Notes: a model not told the origin generated them from the sequence alone. Shown: positions 1 through 12,925, counted from the stretch's first letter. The stretch: DNA of 64,000 bases from Eledone cirrhosa (GCA_964016885.1 OZ024740.1:287184001-287248000), one strand, 5' to 3'. Program-made: numbers and translations.

Positions 1-571
1 TCTATCCCCGCTCCTCCACCCACGAAACATCAACAACACTTTAAATGGTATCTATAACACCTTGGAACATAGCTATAAAACCATTCTCAGAACATTATCC
101 TTCTAAATCAGTTCAGAAACATCTACAACAGCCCAGAACATTATTACATTATCCTAAGAACAATATTACTCCCAAAGAGTCCCTGACATTAAGTGTTCAA
201 TCCCCGAGCAAACATCTACAAAACCTTCAAACATTATCACAGCACCATCCTAAAATCTCTACTGAATCTTCATTCAGTCTGAACAACCACAGACACACAG
301 TGAAACTAGCTACATCAACAGCCTCGTTACCTCTAGATATGTGCACAAAACCAATGATAAATGCAAAGGAATAGCAACTGTTTCAATTCAACAAAGTTCA
401 CTTTGGTCACCTCTACTCTGGTTATTACAAGAACACAAGTTAACGAGGCACAGATATGCGAAAGAAGCACAAACAAAGTAACAGGACATAACAAGTGTAC
501 AAGATATTGAAATACAAAACAAAATGAAAAAAAAAAAAGTTAAATAGAGGAATGAAAAAAATAACATTTAC

Positions 572-712
572 CTGTTTAATAGAAAATTTTATCTTTTCTA
601 AGTTTATATTTTTAGCTTCTTCCAAAAGTGTCTCCTCATCCAACTGTAATATATTTACACGACTACTGCACAGCTCTACCATCACAATGTCTGGTTTCAC
701 ACACTGGATGGT
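572..712 (-). CDS. TRABD: TRABD (TraB domain-containing protein) internal coding exon; gene continues beyond left edge
   Basis: Translates TIQCVKPDIVMVELCSSRVNILQLDEETLLEEAKNINLEKIKFSIKQ, matching the TraB/PrgY motif PDxVxVELCxxR of metazoan TRABD. Acceptor CTTTATAG, donor CAG|GTAAAT, 141 nt, phase 0-0. Confidence 0.92.
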
Positions 713-788
713 CTATAAAGAGACGGAAATTATTTAAATAAATCAACACATAATTAATGTTAGAAATTAAAATCATTACTATTATATA

Positions 789-997
789 AGGTTGGTGGAT
801 TGGCAGAGTCATCAGAGCATCAGACAAATGCAGTGCAGCATCTTTACTTTCTGAGTTCAAATTCCACTCAGATCAATTTTGCCATTCATCCTTCCATGAT
901 CAATAAAATAAAATACCAGTAATGCACTGGGATTGATTTTATTGATCTTTCCCCCTTCCCTTCAAATTGCTGGCCTTGCACCAAAAGTAGAAACAAT
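789..997 (+). mobile_element. tRNA-derived SINE (octopus-type family recurring across the window)
   Basis: A-box-like TGGCAGAGTCATCAG, B-box GAGTTCAAATT, body TTTGCCATTCATCC...TACCAGTAATGCACTGG...TTGCTGGCCTTG shared with many copies here. Confidence 0.8.
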
Positions 998-1163
998 CAT
1001 AATACAAGTCTTGGTGTGCTTCGTCCATTCGTAAGATATGTTGCGCTTTAGTTACATACATACACATGTACACTAAAATACGTACACAGACACAGACACA
1101 CATACTCATATATATTCATAAATAGATACATTATTCAAAATAATTATTACATACACACACACA

Positions 1164-1547
1164 TCTATGTAATGATTGAGGGAGGAAGGAAATGGGGCTG
1201 CTGAAATGCTATAGTGATGAACGTTCCAAGATTAACTATGCTTGTGTGAGCGTATGTGTGTTTTGTGTGAGTGTCTATGAGTATGTGTTTTGTGTGAGTG
1301 TATGTGTTTATATTTATATACTCATACATATAAATGTATACATATGCATATATACACATACAATTGTAATGAATTGTGTGTATGTGTACAGAGACGTGAA
1401 GAAATGAATTAAGACCAGAGGCATATCATTTTAGAGCAAGGTAGACTAAGACAACAGGAGAGAAGAGATAATATACAACTAGACAAACATCTCTTAAATA
1501 GCTCATCTTAATTTTTTCATCCGTGGAATTTCCACGGGTTCTGCTAG
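1164..1547 (+). mobile_element. Probable non-autonomous Helitron with internal TG/TA microsatellite
   Basis: 3' hairpin CCGTGGAA-T-TTCCACGG (1521-1537) then CTAG (1544-1547) followed by T. Candidate 5' end A|TCTAT at 1164. No TSD. The 5' end is less certain than the 3' end. Confidence 0.55.
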
Positions 1548-1624
1548 TTATTATTACTTTATTTCAACAAGCTAATTTTATGCTGAGATAGCAAGTCATA
1601 ACAAATAATTAGTTTCCTAGATTT

Positions 1625-1920
1625 TCTTTCTTATTTTTCCACAGGATCTGAGTTGTTCCTAATGCTGCCATCTTCTAAAGAGGTTCTGTATGGATCCCAA
1701 TTCCACATTTTGCTTTACATGTTCTTCTTTTAGTTGTTACCCTCCCTAAGGCCCCCACTGCTACTACTGGTATGATTTCAACCTTTTTCGTGTCCTACAA
1801 TTTGTAGATCTCTTTCTTTCAGTTTTGATAACATTCAATTTTTTCCCTTTCCTTCTCACATATTTTGGTATTCCTTGGTGATGCTACATCAACTATCCAG
1901 CACAGTTTGTTCCCTTCTTA
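1625..1920 (-). pseudogene. R4/Dong-like non-LTR retrotransposon remnant (C-terminal restriction-like endonuclease)
   Basis: Minus strand reads IVDVASP...KIECYQN*KKEI...KVEIIPVVAVGALG...KMAALGTTQIL with stops; resembles the RLE C-terminus (DV.IP...K..KY..L...IP.V.GALG...Q...LLGT..ILR). Confidence 0.6.
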
Positions 1921-1989
1921 AAGATTCTTGCTATTGAGTATATTGAGAACCTTTTCAGAAGGTGAGATGCCAACAGATAGTATCTTCAT

Positions 1990-2400
1990 GCCAGCATGCA
2001 ATGGTCAATGGATAATTGAACCAATTTAGTTATTGTCAACTATCATAAGATCATTGGCACAATCAAGGTTAGTGACACTGAAGTCTCCTCTTATAGCAAT
2101 GCCTAGGAAATTCTTCTGCAATCCAGTTGATTTGATGGATTAATTGAAAAGTATTGGAGACAGAACACAGCCATGTAGACATTGGAGCAAATTTCAAAGG
2201 GGACAGATTCCTCACCATAATAGCAAACTTTTGCTTGTGTGAAACTATAGTACACTCTTATTAAGTTCAGCAGCTTCACAGGTAGCCTATCTGTGATCAT
2301 GATGTCCCAGAATGTGCTGCAGTGGATAGAATCAAAAGCTGCTGCAAAGTCAACAAAACAGGTGATGGTTTGCTGCAGATAGTTTCCATGGCTGATTCCA
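1990..2400 (-). pseudogene. Decayed LINE reverse-transcriptase fragment
   Basis: CFVDFAAAFDSIHCSTFWDIM...PVKLLNLIRVYYS (the RT F.D..AFD motif), frameshifted downstream. Confidence 0.7.
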
Positions 2401-2668
2401 AACTAGCAATACAAATTAATGGACTTTCTATTACTAAAATGTTTTATAAATGATGGATTATATAAAAAATAGAACTTTTTGTTCTTCAATAACTTTGACC
2501 TTAAATCTATCTCAAGTATTTTGGCATGATGTATATACACGAGCCAACTTTATATGGTTGTTCAAACTATTAAAAATAACAGCCAAACTTTCCCCATAGC
2601 AGATACTACCATTTTAAAGAACACCTCTGTGTTTTAATTGATCAACAACAAAATGATTAAAAACAAAC

Positions 2669-2877
2669 CTTTGCCACATCTTCCTGGCTCTCCAGGCTAA
2701 AATGTGCTGTTCCAACAATATATACTTTGCTGCCATGTTCAGTGAGCAGAACAGTCACAGTTGATGGAAGTTCAATTTTGGTAATGTGTCGCACCGAATG
2801 TAAAGAATTCTGATCGTTATCATCATCATCGTCATCATCATCAAGTTCTGATTCATCTCCACTATATGTCACCAGAT
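2669..2877 (-). CDS. TRABD: TRABD coding exon (acidic tract plus start of TraB domain)
   Basis: (D)LVTYSGDESELDDDDDDDDNDQ...ELPSTVTVLLTEHGSKVYIVGTAHFSLESQEDVAK carries the TraB VY.VGTAH.S..S motif. Acceptor TTTCTCTCTAG, donor AAG|GTTTGT. 209 nt, phase 1-0, joins in frame to exon 572-712. Confidence 0.92.
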
Positions 2878-4532
2878 CTAGAGAGAAAAACAGAAGGAAA
2901 GATTGTTTTGGTTGATTGATTTACATTAAAAACGTGGTATGACAGCCATGATAATTGATAGTTTAGATATGGTCTGTGTCATCAGAATTCAGAGAAATAA
3001 AATAGATGTATATGTGTTAGTCTCTACATTAGATTGGAAATCTGTCTATTATTACCATATCATACATTTCTATAAACAACATTATATTGTGACTACCAAC
3101 CTCAAAATAGACAGTTCTACTCTTAGAGGTGCCAAGATATAACCAAACCTTGGACTAAGAACAACCTTTATTAGTATCAACCTCTCATCAGAGTTCTGTT
3201 GATAATCACCATCTTTACACACTTCATTACAACGTAAGCAGGGTCTTCAAGCTGGCAATGCTGTGATGGGTGCTAAAATTGTGTAAGGTATTTTTTATAA
3301 TCATTTTATCTAAATTGTCCACATTGACATGGATTGGACAGTTTTTCGTGGTTTCTAAGGGTGTATGTTCATCCTAACACCAATCACCTGACAGAGTGCA
3401 TTGGGTGAAATTTTTTGTAGCAACAGTAGGGTGAACTGGACTCATTTTATCATGACACCAACATTAACACATTACAATGTGTACTAAGTGCATTTTATTG
3501 TGGCACCAGCATTAGAAAAGATGTCACATGTTTTAGCCAAACTGAAGAGTCCTGTTAAACTCTATATTTTCTCTATTTGATTGTCAACCAACTGGAGATA
3601 TATAATGCTATAGAAGACTCACCTCCCCACTTGGGCAGGATAAAACACAACTAAGCTTCCCTATCCTTCACCTAGTCTTTCCTCCCGTTCACATTCCTGA
3701 CTCCTTCTCCCTTACCCAGCCTGTGCCAACATGGAAAGACAGATGCATCTTCTGCAGGGTACTGCCAAACGTTGCCCGCTAACTCCCTCACTTCAAGACT
3801 ACCACCATGGCCTATCACTCACTACACTATTCAGAGCCCTGACTCACCCCTCCTTGACCAAACATGCCAGGACGCTCCACTCCCCTTTGTAGCACCAAAT
3901 GTCCCTTTAAGGCCGCACCTATCTCTCATCTCTTTCCTTGGCAAAAGACATGTAGCCCCCACCTATCATTAATACCTTTTTAACCTTGCCAAAGACGTCA
4001 CAATGTTACTCACTCACTTTAAGGCCACATCCCTGCAAGCAATACAAACATTATCATCTTCCCTACTCCCATCATTGCCTGACTGAGGATCCGACCCACT
4101 CTGCAGAGTGGTAGTGCTGGTGCCATGATAAAAAGCACTTCATAACATGACAACCTAGCTAACCCATGCAAGCACAGAAAATAGACATTAAATGTTGATG
4201 ATAATGGTCATATAATCAATCGCCCCTCCTTTTCCTATTATTATTGCTGACATTAAAGGATAAAATAAAAATCTATATTTTTGCATTTTATGAGATAATA
4301 ATTGTTTCTATTTTTGACACAAGGCCAGCAATTACCCAGTGCATTACTGGTACTTTATTTTATCGACCCCGTAAGGATGAAAGGCAAAGTTAATAATAAT
4401 ATTTATGTCATATAAGGATACAAAATTGATTATAGTACTGGCAGTTATTATATTGACCCTGGAAAGGTGACAGTTAAAAGATGACCTAGGTGGTATTGGT
4501 ATTGAGAATGTATTAAAACAGGACTAGATATT

Positions 4533-4658
4533 TTAATTCTTTAACATTTAAAGCAGCCATATCCGACCAGAATTCTCTCACCTCTTTCTGTTAGGATATT
4601 GTTCTCAAAAAATAAATAATATCAAAATCTCGTAGATTCAATATTATGAGGGATAATT
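4533..4658. mobile_element. TTAA/piggyBac-like MITE, left part (interrupted by LINE)
   Basis: TTAA plus degenerate TIR TTCTTTAACATTTAAA; colinear with the reverse complement of the intact copy at 33764-33992. Confidence 0.75.
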
Positions 4659-7508
4659 CATCATCATCATCATCATCATCGTTTAACGTCCATCTTCCAC
4701 GCTTGCATGGGTTTGGACGGGAGTTTTCCCACTTGAGGCAAGAGTGGTTGTCTTGCTCGCATAGGACTGTCTGGCGGGTTTTCTACGGCTGGATGCCCTT
4801 CCTAACACTAACCACGTTTACAGTGTGGACTGGGAGGTTTTTACCGTGTTACCTACACGGCCACATTACAGCGTGGACTGTGTGTTTTTTTGTCGTGACA
4901 CCTACATGACCTCATTTGTTTCGGCCTGGATGTTGTGGTACCAACATAACTTTACATTGAGGGGGGGGGGGGGGGTATTTTGTTAGAGGTGCCTACTGAC
5001 TGTAGTAGGTTTCACTTTGTACTTAGGTAAGGCGGGTCTTCTGTATTACTGTGTAGCGCCAAAGATCTCGGTCCAGTGACATTGTCTTGGAGAGGTGTAA
5101 GTGTGTGAGGTCGGAATTTATCAAGTCGCCCCAGGTTTTTCTGGGTCTGCCTACTCCGTGGCTACCGTCTATTTTTATTGCCCTGCACTTTTTTATACAG
5201 CTGTCGTCTTTCATGCGCAGCACGTGACCATACTAACATAGTCTTCTCTCGAGTAAACAACATCTGATCCCTCTTATTTCTAATTTTTCCCTTAGTTCGT
5301 TTATGCTTTGCCGTTCACGTATATTAATATTACACATCCAGCGGAGCATGCAAGCTTCGTTTCTCTCCAGTCTGCGTATATCCTCTGCACACAAGGCCCA
5401 GGTCTCACTGCCATGTAACATTGCTGTTCGTATGCAGGCATCATACAGCCTGCCTTTCATTTTTAGAGAGAACCCTTTAGCCGCTAATAGTGGTATAAGC
5501 TCTCTGAACTTTTTCCATCCAGTTCTGACTCTAGCTACTGTACTTTCAGAGCACCCTCCACCACTGCTGATTTTGTCACCCAAGTAACGGATGGTGTCCA
5601 CTATTTCTATAGAACCATCTGTGCAATGGAATGAGCTAGTATTCTGTGGGCACTTGCTGCTACTTATTGCACCAGAGCACCGGCCACATATAAAATCTAT
5701 GTTCTTAGTTAGCTTACCTGTGATCCCACTACATCTTTTATGTACCCATACTTTGCATTAGGGACATAAAATGGAGTTTCTACCTACTCCTTTCCTACAC
5801 ACTGAGCATGGCCATTTCCCGGATGGGACCGGTGCCCTATTTTCCTTCCTACAAACTAGAACTTTAGTCTTAGACAGGTTAATTTTAAGGCCTTTTGATT
5901 CTAGGCCATGCTTCCATGTTTGGAATTTCTTCTCTAGTTCAGCCATTGATTCAGCTATGAGCGTTAGATCATCTGCGTATAGGAGTTCCCATGGGCAGCC
6001 GGTCTTGAACTCCACTGTTATAGCCTGAAGGGCAATAATAAATAGTAGAGGGCTAAGGACGGAGCCCTGATGAACACCAACTTTTACACTAAATTCTTCA
6101 CAATATTCATTGTTAATTCTAACCTTGCTGACTGTTTCTTTATACATGGCTTGTATAGCTCTCACAAGCCATTCATCAACACCTAGTTTTCTAAGAGCCC
6201 ACCAGATAATGGAACGGGGGACTCTGTCGAAGGCTTTCTCCAAGTCGACAAAAGCTAAGTATAGGGGTTTACTTTTAGCTAGGTACTCCTGTAGTTGTCG
6301 TACAATGAAAAGAGCGTCTGTGGTACTTTTACCTGACACAAACCCAAACTGCATTTCATCTAGATCAATTCTCTCTCTGATTAGTTGCGCTATTACTTTT
6401 TCTGTGACCTTCATGACCTGGTCGATTAATTTAATGCCTCTATAGTTACTCCTATCTAGGGCATCTCCTTTACTCTTGTAGCAGTTAATGATGATGCTGC
6501 TACGCCAGTCCTTCGGAACAACCCCATTCTGTATGACTTGGTTTACTATCCGGGTGACCATAGTGTGTCCCACCGTTCCAGATGCTTTCAGCATTTCAGC
6601 AACTATTTCCGAAGGCCCAGCCGCCTTACCCGTCTTCATATCTTTGATTGCCTTACTTATTATACTACCTTCAACTAACACTGCTGGTCCCTCTATTGGA
6701 TCGATGTGGGGGAGACTGTCTTTCTCCCATTTATTCTCCTCATTTAGTAGCCTTTCGTAGTGACACTTCCAAGCTACCTTCTTATCAGCGTCAGTGATGG
6801 CAAGTACACCATCATCATTAAGGGCACACTTCTCTCTGACAATATCATGGTTTTCCTTGACACATTGCCTAGCAATCCTGAACACCTCACGTTTTGGGTC
6901 CTCGCGTTGTAGAACATGCTTGAACTTTCTTTCCTCTGCTTCCCTTCTTGCGAAGTACACTTGTCTCCTAGCTTCCCTCCTGGCCACTTGATAGTCTTCT
7001 CTACTTCCCCCATCCCGCCATACTTTCCAAGCCTGCTTTTTGGCCTTAATTGACTCTTCCACCTTACTGTTCCACCACCACATTACTCTCCTCCTGCCTA
7101 TAGGCCTGCTCCAGCCACAGACTTCGTCTGCCGCCATCAGCAGGTTTGCTTTCAGGAATTCCCACTGTTCCTCTATATTGTACAACTCTAAATGCTCTTC
7201 CTTACTGTCGAAAGCACCAAGTAATATGCTTTTAAATTTATTACTGGTTGTGGGGTCCTTTAACTTCCATATTTTTTTCCTGAGGATAGTCCTCTTCTGT
7301 TGTCGAGTACGTCTCGTCCAGACTATGAGGTCGCTAATTATCAGTCTATGTTGAGAGGTACATTCTTCATGGGGGAGGGATTTAGTGTTTACAACAGACA
7401 CTCTGTCACGTCTTCTGGTAAGGATATAATCTACCTGGCTGGTATGTTCCCCTGATCTGTAGGTGATCAAGTGATTGTCTCGTTTTTTGAAGTTAGTGTT
7501 ACAGATAG
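4659..7508 (-). mobile_element. 5'-truncated young RTE-X-type LINE (end of APE endonuclease, RT, PHD-like finger, 3'UTR, (GAT)n tail)
   Basis: One reading frame 7508->5023 with only two premature stops (5758-5760, 5233-5235). Motifs SQVDYIL, NYRGIKL, FVDLEKAFD, QGSVLSP, LLYADD, CSVC..CP*C..HKRC..CGRC. (CAT)n on plus at 4659-4680. TAATT duplicated at 4654-4658 and 7509-7513. Confidence 0.93.
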
Positions 7509-7583
7509 TAATTATGTAAGATAAGGCCTTTACTGTCAAAATACAATAGTATATATAGAGTAATGTAAATGCTAAAGGGTTAA
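7509..7583. mobile_element. TTAA/piggyBac-like MITE, right part
   Basis: Ends TAAATGCTAAAGGG-TTAA; continues the 4533-4658 half as in the intact copy. Confidence 0.8.
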
Positions 7584-8644
7584 GGCAACTATTTCAGTTA
7601 CCAGCCATTTTGTGATAAGTAAACAGTTGTGTAACTCTTAGTGATATATCAAGACTAAAACCACCATCAAGCCAGCTGTGCACCAGCATGGCTACAGCTA
7701 TTTCCATTTACTAAACCGTAAAATAAAAATAAACACTTGTCAGAGAAGTAATGTATGTATGTGCAAGAGAGGGAGAGAAAGAGAAGAAAAAAATCATTAT
7801 TCTCATTTGATTTATGACTATATTATGTCCATGTTTGTTGCACAAGTGACATAAAATCAAAGACACTTTTCATAACATTGTCCTAAATTATAATTTTGTT
7901 TCTATATCAAATATTACTGTTATTTTTCAAGTCATAAAAACAACAAAGGGTTTAAAAACAAGGGTTGGTATCAAAAGAGGGCATCCAGCCACAGAATAAC
8001 ACCCCCAAAACTCTTGCCTAACTATTGCTAATATGAAAAAGTGGACAAAAACAAAAAAGCAATGAAACAGTATTAGCAGAAATTGCAGGGAATTTCTGAT
8101 AGGAGTCCTGATAAGAATGCTTGTGTAGGTAAAAGATGGGATGATGTATTGAGGAAAATGGGCATATGGTTATAGTTGGAATACTTTTGAACATAGATTT
8201 CCAGAATCTGAGTTGACTTGGGGGCTAAATAACAACTCTAAACTGCATCTAATCCAAAAGTTTGTATTCTATATTATCATTATTTAACATCTATTTTCTT
8301 TACTTGCAAGGGTTGGATGGGTCATTACAGACCAAGGCAGTACTTAGTTAAAGCTACTGAATTCTCAGGTAGGCCAGGGCCTGAATCTCGTTTACATATG
8401 ATCCCACATTCTATAGAGAGTACTGGGTGCATTTTATCGTAGCATCTGCACTAGGGAGATTGTCATGTCTTTGACACAACTGAAGAGCCCTCTGGATGCT
8501 TTGTTTGGCAAATTTTCTATGGGTGAATGCACTTCTTATCCTCAATTGCTTTAAAGAGCATATTGCGTATATTTTATCTTGCCAACTCTAGAGAGGTTGT
8601 TGTGTCCTTGACATAACTTAAGTTACAAACCAGGTCTGCAGTTG

Positions 8645-10740
8645 GATCAAGGTCCCAGCAGGATGGAGAGTGACATGGTCACGGAATGATAAGTTAGATA
8701 GAGCTATAAAAACAAGACAAGCCTTGAGAGACTGGAAGAAAGGGGAACACAAAAAGGGGGATCAGAAAGCTTGAAGAGAGTCCAAGCATCTAGTAAGAGA
8801 AAAAGCAGAAAAGAAGAAGTTTGCATATGGCTTATGATATGAAGATCAAAGGCTTGAAGTGTTCCAGATTGCAAGATAGTGTGCTAGAGAAAATCATAAT
8901 GCAGTTGGGTAAAAGTGTGTCTGAAATGACAGTGGAACAGTTGCTTGTCTGATGCCGAAAAGAGGCATGGAAGATTTACTATGAGAAGCTGCTGAACAAA
9001 GAAAATAAATTGGACAGTGAGGGCCTACCCTATGTATACCTAACTGAAGAACCTGCCATAAAAGTTGGCAGTAGTGTTATAGATAAAGCAATTAAGGATA
9101 TGAAGATAGGGAAGGCAGCTGAACCATCTGGTATAGTTGCTGAGATGCTGAAAAAAATAGAGCATGGTAGGTTATGAGCTAGTCAGACACACAGTTAATC
9201 AAGTAGTACAGGAAGGAGTCATACCCAATGACTGGCACAGCAGAATTATTGTAAACTGTTACAAGAGCAAGGGAGACACATTAGAAAGAGGTAACTCTAG
9301 AAGCATCAAGTAGATGAACCAGGTCATGAAAGTTGCAGAAAGGGTTAAAGTACAAATATTTAAGGAGAGAATCAAGTTAAAGGAAATGACGTTTAGATTT
9401 ATAACAAGAAGGGGTACTATCAATGCCCTCTTTCTGGTAAGACAGCTACAGGAAAGGCACTTAGCTAAGAGTATGCCATTGCACCTAGCATTTATAGATC
9501 TGGAGAAGGTTTTCAACAGGGTCCCCACTCTGTAATCTGGTGGGCTCTTAGGAAGAGAGGTGTAGACGAATGGCCTTGTGAAAGCCATGTATAAAGGTGC
9601 AATCAGCAAGGTGAGAGTTGGCAATGAGTACAGTGATGAATTTAAAACGCAAGTGAGGGTCCACCATAGCTCAGGTCTCAGTCCACTTCTGTTTACCACT
9701 GTCCTTTGGGTCATCACCGAGGAATTTAAAAGTGGCAACCTATGGGAACTCTTGTGTGCTGATGACCTAATCCTCCTAGCTAAATCTGTGGGAGAGTTAG
9801 AGGCAAAATTCCAAGCACGGAAAGAAAACCTAGAGTTAAAAGGCTTAAAAGTAAACTTAGCAAAGACAAAAATGTTAAAAAGTTGGAAGAGGATCATCAA
9901 GGAAGTGGCCTTGTTCGATATATCAGAAAGGGATGGACAAAAATTCCATAAGATGCCCTTAATAGAAAAGATAGATTTTGTAGGTGGCAGATGGACAGAA
10001 GGAAGCACTAAGAGCACTTATGAAATAAATACCCCCAGTGTGCCAGGGAGGCTCTATAGAAGTTATTGACAGCTTTTGCTACCTAGGTGATCAAATCAGC
10101 AGTGAAGGGGGATGTTCTGAAAGTGTGATAGCCAGAAAAAGAACAGGGTGGAAGAAGTTTAGGGAGCTGCTACTTTTGCTAACAAAGGGCTTCTCTCTGA
10201 GTGAAAGATAGACTGTATTTATGATGCCTGTGTGTGTCTACTGCAATGTTACATGGCAGTTAAACATGGGCTTTGACTGCAGAAGACCTACAAAGGTAAG
10301 AAATAAATGAAGTGAGTATATTCTGATAAATGTGTAACGATAGTGTGTATGAACGATGTTGTGTAAGCAAGCTGAGGGAAAAACTTATCAGATGACTTGT
10401 ATGTATGGAAAGGACATATGGTGTGTATAGAAGATGACCGCTGTATAAAGAAATGCAGAGAAATCTCAGTGGCAGGGACCTGTAGAAGAGGTAGAGCCAG
10501 GAAGACTTGAGATGAGGTAATGAAGACACCTTAAGAAGTTGAACCTGACAATCATCATCATCGTCATCACTATTTAGCATCCATTTTCCATGCTTGAATG
10601 GGTTAGATGGGTCGTCCATGCCGGGAGACAAGTCTCTAATGGGACTATAAATTTGACCCTTTCTAACAGCAACCACAACAATGGAGATGACAAAGGGCCA
10701 TGAGAATTGGGGACATACTATGCTGGAGAAAACCCACCTA
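8645..10740 (+). pseudogene. Decayed RTE-X-type LINE ORF2 copy (3'UTR-like sequence continues to about 11630)
   Basis: AFIDLEKVFNRVP, HHSSGLSPLLF, WELLCADDL, GLKVNLAKTK; colinear with the 4659-7508 element but with many stops and frameshifts. Confidence 0.88.
10553..10677 (-). mobile_element. Short RTE 3'-end insertion inside the older LINE
   Basis: (CAT)n plus CATCCATTTTCCATGCTTGAATGGGTTAGATGG tail motif. ACAAT duplicated at 10548-10552 and 10678-10682; removing it restores ...AACCTGACAATGGAGATGACAAAG. Confidence 0.75.
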
Positions 10741-11773
10741 CTATAGTTACACGCAACCCCTCATACCTCTACCCTCACCAATAACACTCCCTAATAGCCA
10801 TCCTCACCATCACACTACATCCCCCACACTATCACCCCTTAGTTATTCTCATTACACTCATCTCTATAGTACTCAGTAACTATTCTCCATCCCTGTGCAA
10901 CCCCCACTACCAGACCTTAGCTATCCACATCATCACTACCCCAGCCTCTTACACTATCAACCATCCCATCCATGCCCCCATCACTATTACCTCTTAGTTA
11001 TTCTCACCATTACTACATCCTCTGACACATCAGTGACTACCTCCCTCTTATGCCATCAGAGGTCATCCCTTCCCTCCTACTCATCTACTGACAAATCCCA
11101 CCACACCTGTCATATATGCATGACATCATAGTTATCTTCCTTCTCCCATATCACCCCATCTCCAGAACATATAGTGCTCTTCAGTTGTGACAATAACTGA
11201 TAACCTCTCTAGTGCTGGTGCTATGAAAATGTACCCAGTACAACCTGTAAGGTGGTTGACAATATAAAGGGCACCCCACTATTGAAACAATACCAAAAAG
11301 GGTTGAGGGGGACCCTTCAGTTATGTCAACGGCATGACTATCTCCTGTATTGGTGATCTACATGATAAATGCACCTAATTGGTGGGTGATAGGAAGGGTA
11401 TCCAACCGTAGAAAACCTGCCAAACAAAGGGTCAGAACAACACTTCACCTGTGATAAAGACACGATAACTTCCTTAGTGTTGATGCCATGATAAAAAAAA
11501 ATTCAGTAAGTTTCATGGAAACATTTTTGTAAGCATAATGTGGGCCTCTGGCCTGCCTGAATACCCAGTACAATGTGAGAACATAAGTGAGTAAGACAGG
11601 CTCCCAGCCCAAACATTAAATGATGATATTCCATCACTGGTGTATAAAAATAAATCTGGTACTCATAGAATAGTTATAATGATATCTTGCTGGAGTTAAT
11701 ATTTATTTTTTGGTTACTACAGGTTAATGGCAAGAACAGATGTGGGAGAATTGGACAACAAAATGGCACTCAC

Positions 11774-11986
11774 CACTGTCAGGGTCAGAAAACACTTCTA
11801 AACTGTCAACAGCACTTAACTTGGGTACAGAGTTCTCAGACATGCTTTTCTCAGCACCTGACTCATTAAGGAAAGCTCCCAACATATTTGACTCCTGTTC
11901 CAGAGATGTTAACAGTGATAAATTGGTATTTAGGTCATTGCTGAGGTCACTGATCTTGTCTGGTATTTTTGCAGCATCCGACAAAC
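11774..11986 (-). CDS. TRABD: Probable TRABD exon encoding N-terminal extension
   Basis: Stop-free unique sequence LSDAAKIPDKISDLSND...DSLEVFSDPDS. Acceptor TTTCTTTGTTAG, consensus donor G|GTGAGT. 213 nt, phase 1-1; final G plus AT of the next exon gives Asp. No homology recognised. Confidence 0.72.
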
Positions 11987-12444
11987 CTAACAAAGAAATG
12001 AAATAAATGAAAGGTAATAAAAGCAAAAATTGTTACAACTGTAAATTGTTCTCAGAAACAACCTGACAACAAAGAAAGGAAATAAATATTAAATGTAAGC
12101 ATCTGTAGAAACCTTTGCATAGGGTAACAGATTTTTAATATTTTGGCTGCTATTTCTAGCAACTTGAGCAACTGCCTTGTGGTTTTGTGCTTAAGTAAAA
12201 ATGGTGGAGGATGGTAAATATTTTCATTCTCTGCCCAGTGGTGTCTAAAATTCTTCAGGTTTTGACAGTTCTTTCATTAGTTCAGCTATAAAAATTCAGT
12301 TAATTATGTTGTAAAGCGAGGAAGACCCAACCTGCAGCATACAATGTGACCTGACCTACCCCATGCTCCCCACCTCTACTAGCACTCCCCAACATTACTT
12401 CAATCCCACGGCTCATGCCCACACACCCACCCCACCCTCCTGTG

Positions 12445-12925
12445 AATTAGTTGGTTATTGGAAGGGCATTCAGCTGTGGAGGGCTAAACAAACAAAGGGT
12501 TGGGAGGACCCTTCAGTCTTGTCAAGGACATGACAGCCTCTTTAGTGTTTGGTGATCCTCACAACAAATACATCCAGTACAGGCTGTAAAATGGTTGGTG
12601 ATAGAAAGAGCATCCAGCCGTAGAAAGCTTGCCAGACAAGGGTTGCGAGGACCCTTCAGCCATGCTAAAAACATGACAGTGTTTGGTGACCTACACGATA
12701 AACACACCCAGTACATGCTGTAAAGTGATTGGTGATAGGGAGGGCAACTAGCCATAGAAAGTTTGCCAGACAATGGATTGGGAGGACCCTTCAGCCATAT
12801 CAAGGTGGAGAGGACTCTTGAGTTTAGAAAGTCAACCTCTAGCATGAATAATGCACCCAATCCACGCTGTAAAGTGGTTGGAGATAGGAAGGACATGCAG
12901 CCAGAAAAAAACCTTACCAAAATTA
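12445..12925 (+). repeat. Tandemly reiterated RTE 3'UTR-like modules (about 120-140 bp)
   Basis: Three to four diverged repeats of GTAAAGTGGTTGG..AGGAAGGGCATCCAGCCGTAGAAA..GGAGGACCCTTCAG; same motif in the 3'UTR at about 4770-4815 (opposite strand) and at 11200-11480. Confidence 0.6.

Noticed and set aside
45-374. 109-aa ORF or Penelope-like remnant (also about 22740-22880)
   Set aside because: No convincing motif; antisense within a TRABD intron; family could not be supported by eye.
789-870. tRNA genes at A/B-box motifs
   Set aside because: No cloverleaf; the boxes are heads of SINE copies.
4960-4975. Poly-G run as a regulatory G-quadruplex
   Set aside because: Lies inside the LINE 3'UTR; a G-rich counterpart occurs in the related insert near 14805-14820, and homopolymer length is unreliable.
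5303-7354. Plus-strand ORFs overlapping the LINE (and similar antisense ORFs at 9259, 26453, 29705)
   Set aside because: Antisense shadows of retrotransposon coding sequence.
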